Origin: Trichosphaerium sp. ATCC 40318
Lineage: Eukaryota > Protista > Tubulinea
Assembly: GCA_038496445.1 (NCBI GenBank)
Contig: JALMLS010000100.1
Span: 186,001 to 250,000 of the forward strand
Reading direction: 5' to 3'
Length of the DNA: 64,000 nt
The notes beneath the pieces were generated by a model. The model worked only from the letters and a program-made list of their open reading frames with translations. It was not told the DNA's origin and searched no databases. The translations under genes were made by a program, and so were the position numbers. Below are positions 24,601-38,272 of this stretch, in pieces (position 1 is the first letter of the stretch; each line of letters starts with the position of its first letter).

Positions 24601-25864
24601 TGAACCAGAAAGAAGGGTACAAAGGATTACTCATTTCGGTTTTTTAGTATTTATTACTATTTAAGGTTCTTGATGGGTTGCTCGAGCACACATCCAAGTG
24701 CGGGTGCTGAATCTGAGACTGCCATGGGTATTTTATTGGTACGATAAACTAATTGTTTTTATTGGCTTTGCATCACATGAGAATGGAAACTTTTGATTGG
24801 TTTTAGTAGCTCTTCAAAGCTTATTTTTGTTCTAGAATCATGCGTATGGTATATTAGTTGTAAAAGAGGTTGATGGTCATAAATTATTGCGCATAAGAAA
24901 TCCGTACGGTGCTTGATATTGTTCTTTTAATAATATTCTCAAAAGATGGGGAAGACGCGAATGGAAAGGAAGATGGAGTGACGGTGCTAAAGAGTGGAAC
25001 GCCAAATACAGAGTAAGTTTTCAAGAGCTTACTTGCATTACCCGATTGCACGCGATGCACTGACAAAAACCATTGTAGCGTGCATTTAATCAAGTTGATG
25101 CTGATGATGGAACTTTTCATATTTGCTTCGAAGATTTTTGTAGGCACTTTAACAGCCTATACTTGGTCCGTGTATTGACAACAAGGGTACGATCTATTGT
25201 TACATACCATGAATATTAGTGTTTGTTAATATCTCTTTTTTTTCTAGTCTCCTTATGATAGGCAAAGAGTCGCAGGTAGATGGAGTGGTAAGTCTGCTGG
25301 TGGATGTATAAATAATTCATCATGGCCGAATAATCCTCAGTATCAAATATGTCCCAACCGTAGACAAAATGTGTATATATCTGTGAGACAGTCAGACAAG
25401 AGATATGCAAAGAAGAGTGGAAAGGCTTCTTCTCATTCGATAGGATACATGTTATTCAGGAGTACGTGCAAGTTTTTACTTTTTTTTTTTGGTATTTTGA
25501 ATAGCGTTGCTATCATTGCTTGTCCTGACAGGCCTTAAACTTTTACCGCCTAAAATTATGATGACAACGTTTTGGTGTTTGAAAAAGTATGTTCTGCTTA
25601 AACACCATCAGTCACGTGACCAGAAAAAGTTTGTTTCTTTTTTTTGACTTTTTTTTTTCAGGCACTGGAAGGCTTGCTGCATACCCACAACAAGACGCTA
25701 TGGTTCATATGGCAAACTTTATTGATGCTAGAGAATACACTGAGGAAATTGAGTTACAAGGGAATACGAATTATGTCATCATTCCTTGTACTTTTAAATC
25801 AGGTGTCAATGATAATTTCTTCATTACAATCTATCATAGTGGTGTAAAGCTACATAACTTATAA
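21676..25864 (+). CDS. Calpain-family cysteine protease: C2 + EF-hands + CysPc + domain III
   Basis: C2 (MDKNGYSDPFV, TLNPVWNDEF); EF-hands (DKDGSNSIDKREL, DKDSSGQFEFIEF); catalytic QGALGNCWFLSA, NHAYG, RNPWG; domain III WSGKSAGGC, NPQY, YVIIPCTF. Confidence 0.92.
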
Positions 25865-26272
25865 AAACAAACAAAAATAAATCAGTTCAGTGGCACTCGT
25901 TAATTAAATAAAAACTGGTTTTAACATTTCTTCAAACTGTAGCTCAGATTGTCCTACAACAGGTGCTGTAAAGTGCTTATTGGTAGCAGTTTATTGTTTT
26001 TTCTAAGGCTCGGTCTCCACCATTGGTTTAATGACCACCAATTTGGTAGTCGTTTAGCTTCAACTTTGAGTACAACGAAATAAACTAACCTACAAAAGCT
26101 GTCAACCACGTCTAACGAATATAACCAACGTCAAACAATTTCTACACGTAGAATTTCTTCGCGTATTTAAAAATCAATCAAGGATTGAAAAGATGGATAA
26201 ACAAAACATTTCTACAAGCTTCCTATCAGCAACACCTCTTGTAATTAACTACAAACCAGTATACATCATACC

Positions 26273-27824
26273 ATGCAACCTAAAGTGAAAAGAGTACACA
26301 AACTACGCACATTTAACGTCATCGTTCTAATGAATTAAATAGGTAAACAAAGCAGCCGTAGCGCCCCTGGATCATATATTGGACCTTCCAAAGGAGCTTC
26401 AACGCTACACAACCGATCTTGACAGTGAAGTATACATAAAGTGGCCACTGCTATCCAAACTCGCAGCATACTGCTCTCGCTTTGATGGAGACCTCAACAA
26501 GGTCGGTAAATGGAAGAAGTTCAATATGATTGATTCATTCGACCCAGTAAAAATATGCGAAGCACACTTTCGTGCAGGAAAACGTGATGGGCAATGTAGA
26601 TCATTTAGTGAAGACGGTCGGTTGATAAAAGAGGCCAACTACAATAACGGTAAACTTAACGGAGAATCCAAGGAGTGGTATGAACATGGGCTACTTAAGA
26701 CGCAGTACACGTGGGTTGACGGTAAACTACATGGTGAATGCAACGAGTGGTACGAAAGTGGACTGCGCAAAGCACGATCCATGTTTGTTGATGGCGTACA
26801 AAACGGAGAATGCAAAGAGTGGCATAAAAATGCAAGATTGAAATTGGACTGCAGTTTTTCGAATGGAAAACGAGAAGGCGAATGCAAGAGTTGGTTTGCC
26901 AATGGCCGAAGGCAAGAGAAATGCAGATTCGAGGGTGGAAAAAAGTGTGGCGACTTGCAGATTTGGTATAACTCTGGTACACTGAAAGTAGAAGTTACAT
27001 TCTGTCAACAAACAGGTGAATACAAAGAATGGCATGATGATGGCACGAGATTTGAGCAATATTTCTTCATAGATCACAAGAAACATGGAGAGGCAAAGCT
27101 TTGGTATCCAAATGGCCAATTGGGCTCACACAGCATGTATTCGAACGGAGAAAAGAACGGGACGTGCCGGCAATGGTCTGACGCTGGTATATTGACGTCT
27201 GAGTGTAATTATGTCAATGGTAAAGCAGATGGAGAATATAAATCTTGGGAGGATGACGGCAAAATAGCTTTTCATTATTTTTATAAAAATGATAAATTGC
27301 ACGGAGAATTCAAGCGTTACTACGATGGAAAGCTAGAAGAGCAATATACGTATAAACATGGTAAAATTGATGGGGTATCCAGGAGTTGGTATGCGAGCGG
27401 CAAATTGGAAAAGCACCTCTTTTATGTCAACGACAAGCGTTATGGGGAGTGCAAAAAGTGGTATAGTAATGATCAATTGAAGGAGCATTGCCATTACGTC
27501 AATGACAAATATGATGGGGAGTATAAAAAATGGTTCGAAAATGGAAAATTGGAGGATCATAGCCATTATGTCAACGGTGAGTACAACGGAGAGCGGAAAA
27601 CATGGTGGGCCAATGGTCGCCTTTATGCAACAGAAAATTACACTCTTGGTAAGCGTGATGGAGAGTGGAAATCATGGACGAATCGTGGGGCAGCTACAGA
27701 GGACTTACACTACGAGAGTGGTGTTCTAAAGCGCCGGATATGCTATAAAAATGAGATCAAACACGAATACGTGTATACTCCGATTAAGGTTGTATCAGAG
27801 CTCAATGATGGAAGGGAGGATTGA
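26273..27824 (+). CDS. MORN-variant (YwqK-like) repeat protein with F-box-like N-terminus
   Basis: ~24-aa repeats of the type YxNGKxxGExKxWYxxGxL; ILDLPKELQRY. One short 5' intron (26294-26342) supplies ATG 26273. Confidence 0.8.
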
Positions 27825-28092
27825 TCTTATTCATGCTCGGGGTGCAAACTATCATTCTACTTGTGGTTAAAGTAACTAATGCTCAAGTTAGCTTCTGGCA
27901 GATAGTCAAATTCCAAAAGTCTAACGAAAATAATATTTTACTTTGTTCAAAAAAAAACGCTTTTGCCACATAAACATTTTTTTAATTTTAAAGTTCTTGA
28001 ATTAGGTACAATTATTGTACACTCTAAATTTACTCAATGTGTTCGAAACGTATTATACATGCAGGCTATGCTTATATATGCTCAATTGTACT

Positions 28093-29590
28093 TTAGAGGT
28101 AAGGTATACCTTCGTACTGTCCCAAAGAGTATTCTATAAAATAGTCTAAATAATCTACACGACGAGCACCAGATCGTGTAAGACGATTATCAGTATTTTC
28201 ACAGAATCTTGTACTGTGTCTAGACTTTTCAACCGCGTAAAGGCCTTTCAGTGATAGAAAAGCTTCATCTGAGATTTGATCACAGTTTTTAAGACCAATT
28301 GTATGAACACCTGATAGCGCTCTTACTCCTTCATCTGTAACTTCAGTACCATCAAGATTAATTGAATACACTCCCTTCAATGCTTTAATACCTTCATCTG
28401 TTACTGTAGTACGAGCAAGGTCAATGGAATGAACGCCCTTCAGTGCTTTGATTCCTTCATCTGTAACTAAAGTGTCTCCAAGATGAATACTATGAACACC
28501 TGCAAGCGCTTTTACACCTTCATCTGTGACTGATGTTGTGTTAAGGAAAACAGTATGAGCACCCTTCAATGATTTGATACCTTCATCTGTTACTGCAGTA
28601 CCTTCAAGATAAATGGTGTGTACACCTGCAAGTTGTTTGATACCTTCGTCAGTTACTGCACTGTCAGTGAGGTTGATAGTATGGACACCCTTTAGTGACT
28701 TGATGCCTTCATCAGTCACATTTTTACAGTTTAATATATCAATGGTATGAACTCCAGCAAGTGCTTTGATTCCGTCGTCTGTCACCAATGTGGAAGTAAG
28801 ATCAATTGTATGAACACCTTTCAGTGCCTTGATACCCTCATCTGTAATTGTTCTACAACGATATAGACAAATAGAATGTACTCCTGCAAATGCCTTAAGA
28901 TCATTATCATTGATAACTCCATCTTTCTCATATCTTACCTGGAAGTTTCTTTTGAATGAAGTATCAATGTGTTTACATCCAGATAACAATGAACACAAAG
29001 TATTGTTTTCAACATTCATCACTATGACACTGTTGTTCATGACACCCTTGTACTGTCTGACTTTTAAGATATCTGGAATGTCGTAAATATGCACTGTTTC
29101 ATATCCAACGACATGATGGATGATATCAGCCATCAAACGACATGACTGAGCAACAGCAAACCTTGCTTTCGCCTCTGTATGATGAAGAATCGTGGATATA
29201 ACTTCTGGTGGGAAATTAAGAATGTTCACTACTTTATGTGGACGAGTTTGTGTTCTTTTAAATTGTACAATGTTAGTATCTTGAATATTTCAGTATCAGA
29301 ACGTACATTCTTACTTGCTTGTGCTTTGGTAGCGACAAGTCTTCGGATTGCGTCACAGGTATAACTGTTGGTACTGGTACTGTGTGCTTTTCGGGTGTAG
29401 AAGTCTCCGTGGTTTTAAAGAGATATTGGTCGATTTGGTGTAAAAGGTTCTTGTTTGCAACGTTTAAGATATTTTCAAGCTGGTTTATAAACACTTTACG
29501 TTGTTTTGTGCTTATTTTACTAAACTCTTCTTTGTGGTTGTTGTGATAGTATGTGATTGCTTGCTCCACTGAAACGCCTGGTAAATTCAT
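28093..29590 (-). CDS. F-box + leucine-rich repeat protein
   Basis: ILNFPPEVISTIL...AQSCR (F-box) and ~10 repeats of GVHTIxLxxTxVTDEGIKALK. The core exon 28093-29229 is solid; the upstream exon (ATG 29590, GC donor) is inferred. Confidence 0.8.
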
Positions 29591-29762
29591 CTGTTTGAGT
29601 CTCGTTGCTAAAATGAAAATAGAAACCAAGTTCACCGTTAAGTACAGGTTGACACTTGACTTGATGCATTCTGCATGAGTAGCAAATGGAAGTCAAAGTT
29701 ACAAAAGTTTACATTTTGGGCGATCTCTTTTGCTGTTTATTTCATTATTTTTAAAAAAAAGT

Positions 29763-32700
29763 TTACTTTGTAGAGCTCTTTACAGCTTCACGAATAACGT
29801 AATTCAAAACACCACCATTCTAGCGAGGAAAAAATTAGAATATTTGACATGACAAAAAAAAGAAAGGTGTCGCTTACTTTGTAGTATGTAACTTCAGAAG
29901 CAGTGTCAAGCCTTAGTACTGCTTTGAAGCTTGTTACATCCTTGTTACCAGCAACATTAATAGTGACTTCTTGACGTGGCTTAATATCGGCAGTTAAGTC
30001 GAATGAAAATTTTTCTTTTCCAGTCAAGCCCAATTTATCAGCATCGGTACCCTCAACAAATTCAAGAGGTATTACACCGAATAGAACAAGGTTAGAACGG
30101 TGAATCCTGATATGAATTAGTACAAAGACAACACGTAATAAAGAAAAAGTCTCACCTTTCAAAAGATGTTGCGATTACTGCTTTTACACCTTGCATCCAT
30201 GTTCCCTCTAAACGCTGGTAAGAAAAACGGCAAGAAATTGTTTGTTCATCAAGCCGTACTTGCTGCCCAATCTCTTGAACTTCCAGAACCGTATTGTGCG
30301 CCAGCCAAGATGATCAAATCGTTACCCTACAATTGATTAACATTTGAAGCCGAGGTGAGCATTCCATACCTTGTACTTTTCAGCAGCGTCAAATACGTCC
30401 ATAATTTCACCGGATGGAATGTGAAGAGTCTTTGGAGCAGCTTTACCGACAAACTAAGGAATATTGAGTACTAAAATTTCGTGATTGTTGATTTCCTTTT
30501 GTACCTTGTTCAGGAGTCTAATGTTGGCAAATGTTCCTCTAACCATAACTTCGTCGTTACCACGTCTAGAACCGTAACTGTTGAATTGTTTTGGTTCAAC
30601 ACCACGACCTTGCAAGTAACGTGCAGCTGGTGATTTTCTTGAAATGGAACCAGCAGGGCTAGGACGCAAATATAAGAAACAACCAAAAACGTTTTGCTAC
30701 AAGGCGTACCTGATATGATCTGTGGTGATGAAGTCACCCAAGTTGAGGAGGCAGTATGCATCTTTGACAGTAGTAATAGGCTCGATATCACGTTTCATTG
30801 TAGCGAAGAAAGGTGGGGAGTTGATGTAGCTGAACATAGATATTAAAAACCGAAGGAAGATAATAGATAATATTGAATTTCTTGACATACGTAGACTTTG
30901 GATCCCATGGGTACAACTTGTCGTCAGAGGCTTCGAGCATGTTCCATTGTTTGGTTCCGTTTGTTACTTGACCGTATACTTCTTTGAACATGGTAGACAA
31001 TACAGACTCAGTAACAATCTTTTCGATTTCCTCACGTGAAGGCCAGATATCCTTCAAGAAGACGTCCTTTCCGTCTTTACCTTTACCCAAAGGCTCTTTT
31101 TCAAAGTCAATGAGTACGTTGCCTGCCAAAGCGTATGCGACTACGAGTGGAGGTGACGCCAAGTAGTTGGCACGAATGTAAGCATGGATACGTCCTAGGA
31201 GTGGCTTTTAGTTGGAGGATAATATAAAATATTTAGGTTACCTTCGAAGTTTCTGTTACCGGAGAGAACACCGCAGGTGACGAGGTCTCCTGATTCAATA
31301 GCTGTTGATACTTCTTCTGGAAGTGGACCAGAGTTACCAATGCAAGTAGTGCAACCGTATCTACAGGCTCAATTAATGTGATAATGATATATTCTTTTGA
31401 TTTCATACCCGACAAGGGAGAATCCAATTTTGGCGAGTTCAGGGAGAAGTCCGCTTCTTTCCAAGTACTGTGTTACTACACCAGATCCAGGTGCGAGAGA
31501 AGTCTTGATGTAAGGGCTTACATCGAGACCAGCAGCAACAGCGTTCTTGGCCAAAAGACCAGCACCGATCATTACACTTGGGTTTGATGTGTTGGTACAA
31601 CTGGTGATAGCAGCAATGACTACGCTTCCGTGTTTGAGGTTGTACTTGCTTCCTTTGTACTCAAAAGGTACTTCAGTGCTTCTTTTGTCTTCAGGAATAG
31701 CGAATCCTTTAAAGCCAACAGGGTTTGCCAAACATTTCTAAAACAGGGTCAATAACAAGTTTAGGAGCGTCACAAGTGGTACGAACCTGGAAATCAGCCT
31801 TCATGTCATTAAGAGCAACGTAATCGTGAGGACTATTTTGTGTTACAATAAAACGGTAAAACAAAGAAATAAGTACCGTTTTGGTCCAGAGACAGCAGGA
31901 ACAATAGTGTCAAGGTTGAGTGTGACATTTTGTGTGTATACAGCATCTTGTGACTTATCTGTAAAGTCACGGAACATACCCTAAACTCGCTTATCAGATA
32001 TGGACATTGGCACGTATAAGTTTACCTGAGCTCTCAAGTATTTCTCAGTAAATTGGATCTTGACGTCATCACGTCCACTCAATTTCATGTATTCCAATGA
32101 GCGTTCATCAACAGCAAAGAAAGAAATTGTACAACCCATTTCTGGAGACATGTTTGATATTGTAGCGCGATCAGCAATGCTCAATGAAGCTACACCAGGT
32201 CCGTAAAATTCAACGAATTTTCCAACAACACCAATATCACGAAGTTGCTGTAAAAAAACGAGTAAGCACGTGGTAGAGAAAAAAATTCTGGCGAAAGAAA
32301 TGTCGGAAACTATTTCCTGTACCTTTGTAATAGCCAATACCATATCGGTAGCAGTAGCACGAGAATCAAGTTTACCAGTAATTTCAAAACCGACAACTTC
32401 AGGCAAAACCATAGAGATCTTTTTCCAGTGTTAGATGTTTACAGTAAAACCAGATATATTCCAGCTTGAGTTACGTACAGATTGACCCAAAATTACAGCT
32501 TCAGCTTCAATACCGCCAACACCCCAACCGACACTTTTAAAAAAAATAAGCAAAAGTTTGATATTTTTTCAAGAACTGTTCTACGTACACGCCAAGGCCG
32601 TTGATCATAGGTGTATGACTGTCAGTACCGACAAGTGAGTCTGGGTATAATAGACCGTCTTTATGGAATACAACACGAGCAAGGTATTCGAGGTTTACCT

Positions 32701-33636
32701 ACAAAGCCATAAGTAAAAAAAGTCCAAAATAGGACTCACAATTTTTACTTTTCAAAAAAAAAACTTTCGTGGTCAGGAAGAGCACGATAAACTCTTCCCC
32801 TTATACTTCCACACTGAATAAGAAAATATTTTCAGAGCAAGGATGGATGTTATCGTCATTCCAACAAAAATTACAGGAGAAAAAAAAATTCCGAAAGAAA
32901 TTATCACGTTTGATGACAAGTGCGTACTTGATGGACAATACCGGCACCTGGTGGTACAATAGTCAATCCAGAGAATGCTTTAGCACCCCACTTTAAGAAC
33001 ACAAAGCGCTCGTGGTTTCTCTTCATCTCCATTTCAAGATTTACTTGTAAGGCGTCTTTACTACGGAATTTATCGACCTAAAAGGAATATTACGCTCGGA
33101 TTGTTCGTTAGATTTACGTTACCTGTACGGAGTGATCGATAACGAGATCTACAGGAACGCTAGGTTCAATAGATGTAGCGTCACCTCCCAAACGCTTTGT
33201 TGCATCTCGACAAGCGGCTAAATCGATCGTTATGAGACGACAGGATGTTTTCTAGGCGTACCCAAATCGACAACGGCTGGTACACCTGTAAAATCTTGCA
33301 AAATGACACGCGCTGGTTTGAAAGCAATCTCAGTTTGGGTTTTGCTCGTTTTTTCTAAATTACCGGTGAGGTACATTTTCGTTAAACTCAGTTACCCCAG
33401 TCAAGTATGTTGTTGACGTCCTTTTCGCTGATGGCAACGCCATCGCAGTTACGAATAGCGCTCTCTAACAAGATCCTGATACAGTACGGCAAACGGCCTA
33501 GAAAGTTTTTCAGATAGAAGCAACTTACGTCTCACGTACATAGACGTTCGTCTTTAAGGTCTGGGAGCGAGAAGTACGACGCTTCAACGTCTCCAACTTT
33601 TATTGTCTTTTTAAGGTTTGAGTACGGGTTTGACAT
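29763..33636 (-). CDS. ACO1: Cytosolic aconitate hydratase (IRP1/AcnA type)
   Basis: [69 protein letters not shown]. Confidence 0.97.
32770..32863 (-). ncRNA. Candidate intronic box C/D snoRNA
   Basis: Lies in an unusually long aconitase intron. Has TGG-a-ATGACGA (C box), D' CTGA, and terminal CTGA-CCA closing a K-turn-compatible stem; ~90 nt. Confidence 0.5.
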
Positions 33637-33931
33637 GCTTTGTGCTTGGGAAAACCAAAACTACATACTTAGTGATCGCTTACAGCAGACTTAACATCGA
33701 AACGGGTAATTTGTGCCCTCAATACCCCTGATATGGGCCCTTTCGCTGTATCAAGCGTATAGGGCTTTGTAGTGTTTTGAGAAATTGTAAATAGATTTTT
33801 AAGCTTATTAGAGAGCTTACAAATACGTTGTAGGTAAATAGAAACTGAGTAAAATAAGCCACTACAGAATGTGTGAAGCAAGAAAGTCGTTGAACATCTG
33901 AAAAAAAGACCGTCAGCCAAATTGATCCACT

Positions 33932-34994
33932 ATGCTTGCACCTTATCTAAAGAAGCTAAACTCGCAAAAAAGAGTCATTTTGGCTTCAGGTAATGATTGT
34001 ACATGTGTAAATAATAATTAATGATATTAACAGGCTCTCCACGCAGAAAAGATATACTAGAGAAATTGGTAACTCAATTGAGCCTGTCAGAACTATATTT
34101 TACTAAAATAACCTCAAAAGGGCCTCAAATTTGAAATAGTAGTAAGCCAGTTCGATGAGCTGCTCGATAAATCAACTTTTTCTCATCCAAAAGAATACGT
34201 TCTTGAAACAGCGAAACAAAAAGCACTTGACGTCTACAACAACGACAGATCGGTACGTAGCAATAAAAATGATACATAAAACGCTAAGAGAGTACACAGA
34301 ACGCCAAAAAGAGTGATATTATCATATCTTGTGACACAATAGTTGTACTCGGTACTCAGATTATTGAGAAACCAAGAGATGTACCTCATGCAAAGGAAAT
34401 GCTTCAGTCACTTTCAAACAAAGACCATTGTGTATATTCAGGCACGTGCACTTCAGACAAAATTGATATTGTTTTCCAAACAGAATTATAAGAATAAAGA
34501 TATTAACGGGTTGTAGCAATATCAATTTTGTTGCCTGCCAAAATGGAACAAGACTCTGAAAAAGCAATAACCAGCTTCGTTAAGGAGGTACATTCGATGA
34601 AGTCTCAGCTTAAAATCTAACGGCAGGTAGACAACAGTTACATTTGATACACTTGAAGATGATGTTATTGATGCTTATATTGCTACTGGTATTCCAATGT
34701 ACGATTTCTTCAAATAGTCAACTTGATGCTAATCTGGAGAGTAGGGACAAAGCTGGAGGCTATGGTGCAAATTAGAAACGAGTGTTGTTATTTTAATATT
34801 GTTGTAGGCATTCAAGATCCATTGGCTAGTTCCTTTGTAACTGGAATTAAAGGATGTTATTATAATGTTGGTACGAAAACTAAAGAAGATGTACTATCAT
34901 TCTTATTCTTTTCTTACTAGTCGGATTTCCTGTTAACTTGTTCTGCGTAAACCTTATCAAGCTTCTAAAAGATAGTAGTATTAAACTAGATTAA
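33932..34994 (+). CDS. Maf-family nucleotide pyrophosphatase
   Basis: VILASGSPRRKDIL, ISCDTIVV, EKP, DKAGGYGIQ, GCYYNVVGFP. Confidence 0.93.
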
Positions 34995-35102
34995 CAAAAC
35001 ACAAGGCACGAGTTACAAAACTCAACAAAAAAATAAGTAAACACGTGGAAAATTTGAAAAGGTTTTTTGTGTAACAAATAATAAAAATTGTCGAAATGAT
35101 TC

Positions 35103-37391
35103 TTATTCAGTATCGGAATTGTACTGAGATAATCTACGTGTTATCTCTGTCCTTAAAGTCTGTAAATACAATCCAACACATCTAGCAGTATTCTCTAGTA
35201 CATCCATAGACATGGCACCTGTAGGCATGGCATCAAACATGTCTTGTATTTGAATATCAAAACTTTGTTCGTTAGGTTCAATATGATGTGCACCAAAAGA
35301 AAAGCTTGTATCAAGTCTGAACCCAGAATTTGTCAAACCATCTCTTTCATCCTCAGAATCCTGTAGGCTCCTTCGGCTTTCTGTACTAGCAGCATTTGAC
35401 CTACCAACAACTCCAGGCATACCAGGACAAGTATACTTAACACCTCCAGCATCAGAATCAATGATTAGCATCCCAGGATTTGTGATTGGGATTACATTAC
35501 GAGGCCAATCAATGGGTACTTTTAAAACACGTGTTTCTGTTAGTGATGACTGGGAAGGTTGTTGAAGATCTTCTGGTACTGCTTCTTCCATTTGTTGGTC
35601 AACGTCTTCTATTTCTTGAATAACATCTTTTAGTTCTTGTTTTATTTTTACCGCTCTTTTAGTTTCCCAAGAGTTTATTTCGTCTTGTCTTCTCTTCTGG
35701 TATGGTAATATAATTGTATCACCCATTTTAATATCCTTACTTGCAAATATTAAATTACGAATTTGTGAGCAACAGTAGAACGTCATCACAGCTATTTTAA
35801 AAAAAAAGGTTGATTAGCAATCACGAGAACATTAAAAGAAGAAAAAAAAGTTTACCGGGTTTTTTAACGTACAACAATTAGCAGTGTTAGGGTCCATATT
35901 CTCAGAGACGCTACAACCTCGTGTTAAAGGTATGTTTGAATAAAAACGTGGAGCTACCTTTTTATAAATTGTGTTTCATTACCTCCATCAGATGCGTCTA
36001 TCACCAACTCGGGTAAATCTGAATAGTTCGGTGAGCAAGTAAGAACTTGTACACGAGATATCTAAAGTATATGTGTACATACTAGAGAACTCTGGCGGTA
36101 GAATGATATCAGTGGTGTAATAATAAGTAGCACAATCGCCAATATACCGTACAGTGCCAGTGTATTCACCTTGATCAACTCTTAGTATAAAACAAACTTT
36201 TGTTTGACAGGTCAATTTTCGCACCAATGAGGTTTCCAGCTTGAATATCAATACCAGCAATAACTTCATATTGATCTAACCTACCTATAAATTTTGTGTT
36301 ACTAAAGCGGTATCATATCAATAAGATAGTACCAACTTCTTCTCTGACACTTTTATTCCAAGCCCAATTTCGTCTATTAAAAAAAATAAGTAATTTCCAA
36401 ACAAATGATGGGTAGTACTGCTTCATCTTTCTTATCTTTAGCCTTGGTTCAAGATCAACTTTAAAAAAACTTGCTAAACAATACTATGAGCAAAGGCTAA
36501 CGCTAAGAAAAATAAAAACTGCTTACCAGCAATGTCTTGCCATACATGTGTGTTACTCTGAAGTAATTCAGAATCCTTGTCGGTCAAGCTATACCACTGT
36601 GTCTTATGTACATAGCGCATACCGCTAGGAAATCCAACGGCTTGCTTTTTTACTACACGTGACACATTAGTTTCAGGCACTAGTAGTAACTCTGAGCAAC
36701 TACGTACTATTTACGGCTTCTGGTATATGCTCTGAACAGAAAAATTGGCAAGTGCCAACAGAGTTTCCTAATTGTACACTTGTCAGTACTATTATCCATT
36801 GTCATTTCATGTAATATGTGTCACCTATGACTTCACCACCGTGGTGCCTTGAGCAAACGAAATGATAGACCTTATTACAACCTAAAGAATGTCAACAAAT
36901 ATTTGATCAAAATCTTTTCAAAAAGAAAAAAACGCGGAATATTTCCGGAGCTGTAAGCTTGTTTGAAAACGTACCAGGTACTTGACACTCTAAAGATGCA
37001 TGCTTTGTATGACAGTAAGAGCACAACTAAGTTACAAGCGTTAAATGTCAGTTGTAGGAGATTAAATTGTACATTATTTTCTTTGCAGTAACGTAGAATA
37101 ACGTCTTGATCAGGTTCTTCTGCGTACCGGCGTGTTGACCAGTTTAAGCAATTTCTATGTACATAAACCTTATTAAGAAGTTAGTTGGTTATTCATAAGC
37201 GTTTTATGTCACCTGACGTGTGCCTGCGAAGTCTGTCACTTCTACTGGGAATAATCGCTTGGCATTTGAGCCAACTACAATTGTTTAAGCGTATTTTACA
37301 ATATTAGCGATTAAAGAGTACGTGATGATCTAGCAAACTGGGAATGCTGGCAAAAGGCACAACCGTGGCCTTGTCCCTGAACAATAGCCAT
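35103..37391 (-). CDS. Extended-PHD (zf-HC5HC2H) + divergent SET domain + coiled-coil protein
   Basis: CAFC...YVHRNCLNWS...CSYCHTKHASLECQVPGCNKVYHFVC...FFCSEH; VIAGIDIQAGNLIGEYTG, IDASDGGNETQFI, FASKDIKMGDTIILPY. Confidence 0.8.
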
Positions 37392-37586
37392 TATGTCGTC
37401 TTATGGAGATGTTGTAGTATGGCTTGAAGCCATTGGCTTTTTGACAACAAACAAGGCGCCAAAGGAGAACAAAATGCAGCCTCACTAAACAAATGAGACT
37501 TAATTGCGCAATAAAATCGTACAAACCATTACGTAAGCTTACCGTAACTTCGGGTGTTCATTCTTATATCGTTTAGTGGCTATCAA

Positions 37587-38180
37587 ATGTCATTGAGACT
37601 ATTTACCTCCAAGTCCTTTTTACGAACTCAGACCAAAGCCTGTACGCGCACAAATTCGCATGTGGAGCCAACCAGAGGTGCGTTATTAACATTTACAAAT
37701 AAAACATAGCAATTCACACCAATTTTTAGCTAGACGCACTTTTCGTCGCTCACTGTGTACTGCGGTACCAGAAAAAACAGCATTAGAAAAAAGAATAAAA
37801 ATGTTGCAATGGAGAACAACTGAAAGAGGCATGAAAGAAACAGAAGTACTTATGAGGTACCACATGCGTAATAAACAGCAAGACAATAACAAAATGGTGT
37901 TTTCTAGAGGATTCTGTCATAATAAACTGCCACATCTAAATGACGCTCAATTGGACGAATATAACGATATTGTAGAAGAAATTGACACTGATTTGGTAAA
38001 GTACCTAACAGACAAAGAGCCAGTCCCTGATCACATTAATAATTCAGTATGGAAGCTCCTAAGAGATTACATGGCCAAAGTACGCTTTTACAGCCTAACT
38101 CAACAAAGAACCCTTCACAAGCCTTACTTCTAACCACTTGCATTTAGCACCCACCACATGAAGACGAACAACTTAATTAA
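37587..38180 (+). CDS. SDHAF2: Succinate dehydrogenase assembly factor 2 (Sdh5), mitochondrial
   Basis: Arg/Ser-rich presequence; KMLQWRTTERGMKETEVLM, LDEYNDIVEEIDTDLVKYLTDKEPVP. Confidence 0.9.
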
Positions 38181-38272
38181 ACAGCAGTATATTATGTAGA
38201 GTACCAGCAACAAAAGAAGAAATGTCATTTTTTATTATTATCTAAGTGCTTCTTGTCAATCTTTTTGTCACT

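Noticed and set aside
25558-25625. ATGATGA plus hairpin in a long calpain intron (possible snoRNA)
   Set aside because: No canonical downstream CTGA box or terminal stem.
32803-32826. CAGTGT (IRE-like loop) on the minus strand inside the IRP1/aconitase gene
   Set aside because: The upper stem pairs poorly (UUAUU/GGAAG) and the site is intronic, so it is not a credible iron-responsive element.
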